In this document: piece by piece, positions 59,107 through 64,000 of the stretch
Position numbering within the stretch: the first letter of the stretch is position 1
Layout: each line of letters starts with the position of its first letter
Assembly: GCF_022045235.1 (NCBI RefSeq)
Contig: NW_027266264.1
Location: 64,666,001-64,730,000 of the forward strand
Source of the DNA: Haliotis cracherodii
Taxonomy: Eukaryota
DNA: 64,000 nucleotides
Direction of reading: 5' to 3'
The notes under the pieces: model-generated
Databases searched by the model: none
Seen by the model: only the letters and a program-made list of their open reading frames with translations
Told to the model about the DNA's origin: nothing
Program-made: the position numbers and the translations under genes

Positions 59107-59910
59107 TCAACTGTTTGTCTGATGATGGTGGCCATTGAATAGGTGAGACTGTTCCCGACACCTCAAGTAGAAAGTACAGAGAATTTGTGAAGCGACCACA
59201 AACATAGACTTGATCCAACATAGCTCCAGCGTGCTCCCCATCCTCCGCGACAGCAGCGTGAACCAGCCACACGTGCAGCGCGACATCGACAACCGCAATA
59301 TGAAATAGAAGACTTGAAATAGTAAAGTTGATAACAGAGGCAAAACTATATCCTTTGCGATGTTCTGATTGGACGAACCCTTCCCCTCCTCAGAGATGTC
59401 TGTTTTGAGTCGGTTAAGACAAAGGAATGTTGAAGAAAGTAAGATGGTAATGCACATTACGACTTGAGGAATGAGAGACTTCAGCCCTATTGAGCGGGCC
59501 ATTTGTTTCATCGACCAATACTGGCAACTCTCATCGTCCATTTCATCTGACGGCTCATCTCGGGAAATTCCGGAGAGAAACGCCCATGTCATAACGAGGT
59601 TCAGTATTGACGTGATGACGAAGGCACTTTTCAAACTTTTCACAATGTCTTTGTTTGTCCTGGGCGATAGGCGAATAATATTGCTCGTGCAAAATGCTAC
59701 AGCTAATAAGCTGCATATCGTGGTGATAACGAACACACAATTCACAAACAAGACGTAATGTTTGTTGCAACTCAGTATGACCTCGGTGCGCGAATACAAG
59801 TCCACTAGGAGGGGAGATAGGAGAACCGTCGTGATTGGTTCTGTCAAAGCAAGAGCCACCGGCAGTGATTGGTTGATGCGATACGATCCGCACAATCGTA
59901 ATGGTCTCAT
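59107..59910 (-). CDS. Multi-pass membrane protein, 267 aa; divergent GPCR-like, apparently lacking TM1
   Basis: About six hydrophobic segments and Cys in two predicted extracellular loops. An acceptor ttgcag precedes base 59995, a donor AG|gtgagt lies near 61362, and an in-frame TAA sits two codons upstream of the ATG. Confidence 0.55.
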   Translation of the reverse strand: MRPLRLCGSYRINQSLPVALALTEPITTVLLSPLLVDLYSRTEVILSCNKHYVLFVNCVFVITTICSLLAVAFCTSNIIRLSPRTNKDIVKSLKSAFVITSILNLVMTWAFLSGISRDEPSDEMDDESCQYWSMKQMARSIGLKSLIPQVVMCITILLSSTFLCLNRLKTDISEEGKGSSNQNIAKDIVLPLLSTLLFQVFYFILRLSMSRCTCGWFTLLSRRMGSTLELCWIKSMFVVASQILCTFYLRCREQSHLFNGHHHQTNS

Positions 59911-60217
59911 GGTTTAATCTGTATGTTGAATGGCCCTGACACGGATTCCTGTTCAAAGTTCAAAGGTTATTGCATAATCTTCCCCACACGTTCACCTGCA
60001 ACAGACACAGAACGACGGGTGATATATCTTATAATTACCGACAGTGTGAAAACAGGTGCTAACACACGTTCACAACCACAGGGGCTGCTTCTACGGGCCT
60101 GGCACAGGCTCTTGTGGACATACTTTGCTGGCTACAATCCCCAGAGAGCATTATCTGAGCCACTGAATATTTATTCACAGGTTATAAATCTTACTGGGTA
60201 TTCAAGATTTTCTTTGG

Positions 60218-61008
60218 GTATTCATTGTGGGGCTAGATATTTATTGTCAATATCCCTTCATTGTGGGCTACATACTGACAGCATCCCCTCATTCTGGGAT
60301 AGACACTTACTGGCAGTATCCACTCATTGTCAGGCTAGATACTTACTGACAATATCCCTTCATTGTGGGATAGATACTTACTGACAATATCCCTTCATTG
60401 TGGGGCAAGATACTGGCAGTATCCCTTCATTCTGGGATAGACACTAACTGACAGTATCCCCTCTTTGTGGGGCTAAATACTTATTGACAGTATCCCTTCA
60501 TTGTTTGGCTAGATACTTACTGACAAAATCCCGTCATTGTTGGGTTAGATACTTATATTATTGACAGTATCCATTCATTGTTGGGCTAGATACTTATTGA
60601 CAGTATCCCTTCATTGTTGGGCTAGATATTTACTGACAATATTCCCTCATTGTGGGGCTGAATACTTACTGACAATATCCCTTCATTGTGTGGCTAGATA
60701 CTTATTGACAGTATCCCTTCATTGTTGGGCTAGATACTTACTGACAATATCCCTTTATTGTTGGGCTAGATACTGATATTATTGACAGTATCCCTTCATT
60801 GTTGGGCTAGATACTTACTGACAATATCCCTTCATTGTTGGGCTAGATACTTATTGGCAGTATCCCTTCATTGTTGGGCTAGATACTTACTGACATTATC
60901 CCTTCATAATCGGGCTAGATATTTACTGACAATATCCCTTCATAATCGGGCTAGATATTTACTGACAATATCCCTTCATTGTTGGGCTAGATATTTACTG
61001 ACAACATC
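60218..61008. repeat. 36-bp minisatellite (about 21 units)
   Basis: Unit tagatacttactgacaatatcccttcattgttgggc. Confidence 0.9.
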
Positions 61009-61783
61009 CCCGGATGTTTATTCAATGTCCGTCCTCCACCGTGAGCTGAGTTGTTGACAGGACCAACCCTTGCCAATCATATAGACCAACACAATTCCTC
61101 ACTAGCTCGTCCCTTGGGCACGCCAGAAACCTATGATTGTGGGTTCGAATCCCGGTTCGCCCCAATGATGTTTCTAGGTTTGTCAGCACCATATCCGTGC
61201 TCGTGGGTTTCATAGAAGTGGTAAACGTCTGAGACCTGCATCACTTCGGGCTTTCCTCCCACATTAAGCTGACACGCGGTGATATAACTGGAATAATGTT
61301 AAAAATGGCGTTAAAACCCCAACTCACTCACCTCACTAGCTGGACATTGCAAAACAACTCACCTTGATATCAACACAGTGTCATGAGCGTTATGACGTGA
61401 TCGTTTACATTTTTCAAGCCATCAATAATCTCAGTAGACGTGAAATCGAAATACTAGAAACTGAAGGTAACAGCCGATGTTAGTTGCTAGGCAGACACAC
61501 GTTATGGATGACATGAAGATATAGATTTGCCATTATTCAGCAAACACGACTGACAGTTATATCCTCAACTGAACAACATTTAACACGACCGGGGATGTGA
61601 AACCTGCAATTTACCCTTTCACACAGTGGGGCCGTCTATACAAGTAGGCACAATATGAGAGAGAACGCTTAGGTCTGGAAGCTTTGATATTTGTTATTAT
61701 ATCAATATATTGAATTGGCATAATTTTACAAAGGATGCATATAAAACGCATGACTACTATACCTCCCAGTTACTCATACATTA

Positions 61784-61949
61784 GTGAGTGAGTGAGTATG
61801 GTTTTACGCCGCTTTTAGCAATATTCCAGCAATATCACGGCGGGGGACACCAGAAATGGGCTTCACACATGGTACCCATGTCGGGAATCGAACCCGGGTC
61901 TTCGGCGTGACGAGCGAACACTTTAACCACTCGGCTACCCGACCGCCCC
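61784..61949 (-). mobile_element. tRNA-derived SINE family A with TSD
   Basis: 13-bp TSD tactcatacatta; intact A and B boxes. Confidence 0.88.
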
Positions 61950-62874
61950 TACTCATACATTAAGGAGGGTACGTGCCATATGCAACACCCTCCTCCCCTG
62001 AATCCCCAATACCATCGAATGTTTCACTCTTGTGTGTGACTGCTCACCCCTGAGTCCTGAATACTACTTAACACAAATCTCAAAAGGATTTAGAAAAGGA
62101 AAAGCGAAGTTATGGATAAAAATATTGAAAAAAAATACCGAAAAAATTATTTACGTACTCGATCATGTTTGTTTCATTTTGAATATCTGCCTTCCAAATA
62201 CAATCTTATTTTCGTTTCGCCTACCACACTGCGGAGTTCCTAGTCTGTCTTACAGACCCTGATACAAATATATATCAAATATAGCCCATGCAAGTCTATA
62301 ATGTTTGGCAAGTCTAGATTATTGCAGTATCAGGTATCTGAAAATGAAGAGAGTCACTGGGCTCTTTTTTATTATATTTTTATTAAGATAACTGAACAAC
62401 TGTTTTTTCTGTACGATATGTTCATTTCAGAGACTAGATGTTAGACTACGGAGTCCCGAACACCCTCTGAATTGACCTCCCAAATCCCGTGTACCAAAAG
62501 GTGGTTGGCAGCCTCATTTTTAAGAAGCTACAGCATACCATCGCGGTATAGCGAGGATCAATATTTCCCTGACATGTTCGAGTGTCTACGCTATAGCGCT
62601 GATATGCTGGGGGAGGACACGACAGAGACTTGCAACGAAACAAAGTCACACATGAACCACGTACCCGTCTGACTTTTTGGTCCTCCATTTAGCGACCCCT
62701 CAAGCTACCTAGATTCGTACTCTGGCTTTGACAGTACCTGCGAATATTCGAGACTTGGTTTCTGCTCGCTCTGTTCAGGATCCGCCAGCTTGCCATGTGC
62801 AACTAGGTCACACCGTCTCACACAGAGAGTGAAATGATAGCTGGTCACGTGACTAGGTCCATTTAACATTGGGA

Positions 62875-63200
62875 TTAACGTCGCGCCCAAGATTATTGCA
62901 CTTATATAGCGACGTGCATGCACGTGTGTGTGAGGCTGCTTGTACTAGTCCGGACTGATACCGATTTATAGTGCTATACCACTGAGATACCATGCCGCAG
63001 TTTAACATGAATACACCACTCAGACACAGTATACTGACTCCGAGCCGACCAGTCCTTTTTTTAGCTAATGCCGAGCGCCAGACAGGATAACAACAAGTAC
63101 CATCTTTTAACGTCTTTTGGTATGACGCGGCTGGGGATCGAACCCCGGACTTTCCGCTCTCCGGGCGGACACTCTACCACTAGACCACGGAGGCGGTCCA
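62875..63200 (-). mobile_element. tRNA-derived SINE family D with a gtcataccaaaagac..aagatggtac middle domain (Meta-SINE-like)
   Basis: A box ggtctagtgg, B box ggttcgatcc; related copies at 47945-48220, 58860-59010 and 41130-41325. Confidence 0.75.
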
Positions 63201-63341
63201 TTTTTTTTTTTTTTAACAATGAGATTGTATAGCAATAGCAGCCCACACTATTGTTTTAGTTGTCAACATTAAGGCTTGATAACTATATTAATGAAGGTAT
63301 TTGAAAGGCATTTTGAGTGATACACATAAAGAAGAGAATTT

Positions 63342-63474
63342 ATGGATGTCAACTGCTTTATAGTGAGGAACACAACGTTTCGGAGTATATGCTCACCCCT
63401 TCATTAACCTGATGATGGAGTTAGCATATACTCCGAAATGTTGTGTTCCTCACTATAAAGCAGTTGACATCCAT
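63342..63474. mobile_element. Inverted pair of Penelope-like terminal repeats with hammerhead core
   Basis: Near-perfect palindrome; CTGATGA at 63409, stem GGAGT/ACTCC, GAAA at 63435. Confidence 0.65.
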
Positions 63475-64000
63475 GACTTCTCTTCCTTATATTAATGAAT
63501 ATCATATAAATGAATAAAATATTGCTGACAATATCAACGTCGACCATTTTGCTCCCTGTGAGAAACAGTAACTCTATAAAGTTGCCATAATCCTTGCTGA
63601 CCGACACCAAAGACGTATATAGATGTAGCAACCAGTTATCGCCGAGGACCAATTATCGCAAACCCCCGTTAAAGCGCGCACGTGATCGCATTTCGTGTTA
63701 CTTTTTCTCGTTTTCATTATAAGAGAGAAATATTTATCCGAAAATGATGAAGAAAACTGACTCCTGTCTGGAAATAAAAAACCCAAAACATTTCATAAGC
63801 ACCTAGCTTGCTCAAAATCAACGTGCGGGTGTTGTGACGTGACTAATTACGCATAAATAAATCTCCAACAACAAATCAATGTTTGTTTGTTTGTTGTTTA
63901 ACGCCGCACTCAGCAATATTCCAGCTACATGAAGGCAGCCTGTAAATAATCGAGACTGGACCAGACAATCCAGTGAATGACACTATGAACTTCGATCCAC

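Noticed and set aside
59923-61057. RYLLTISLHCWA repeat ORFs
   Set aside because: Frames of the 36-bp satellite, interrupted by indels and stops.

Overview
Eukaryotic (animal) genomic DNA with spliced genes and dense short interspersed repeats; a mollusc-like lophotrochozoan source is plausible but cannot be proven from the window. Left end: two FASTKD5-like mitochondrial RNA-processing genes lie head-to-head. One is on the minus strand with its ATG at 999 and runs off the window; it is absent from the ORF track. The other is on the plus strand with 6 coding exons at 4059-11400, ending in a RAP domain. Centre: a GON4L/YY1AP1 orthologue on the minus strand, with 27 phase-consistent coding exons (12479-51189/51267, about 2960 aa) carrying PAH-like repeats and a C-terminal SANT/Myb domain. 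Its likely promoter near 54.0 kb has YY1 and ETS motifs. An intronless class A peptide-type GPCR is nested antisense in one GON4L intron. Right end: a polypyrimidine satellite, a decayed APE-type LINE and a divergent membrane protein resembling a GPCR without TM1. Most unusual observations: (i) minisatellites that are tandem amplifications of real exon/5' splice-site junctions; (ii) an abundant retroposon with no tRNA head whose 5' end folds into a covarying pseudoknotted structure, a candidate ribozyme-like RNA; (iii) Penelope-type minimal hammerhead motifs; (iv) probable overlapping 3' UTRs of FASTKD5-like and GON4L; (v) a 24-bp coding VNTR inside GON4L. All homology calls come from motif recognition, not from database searches.
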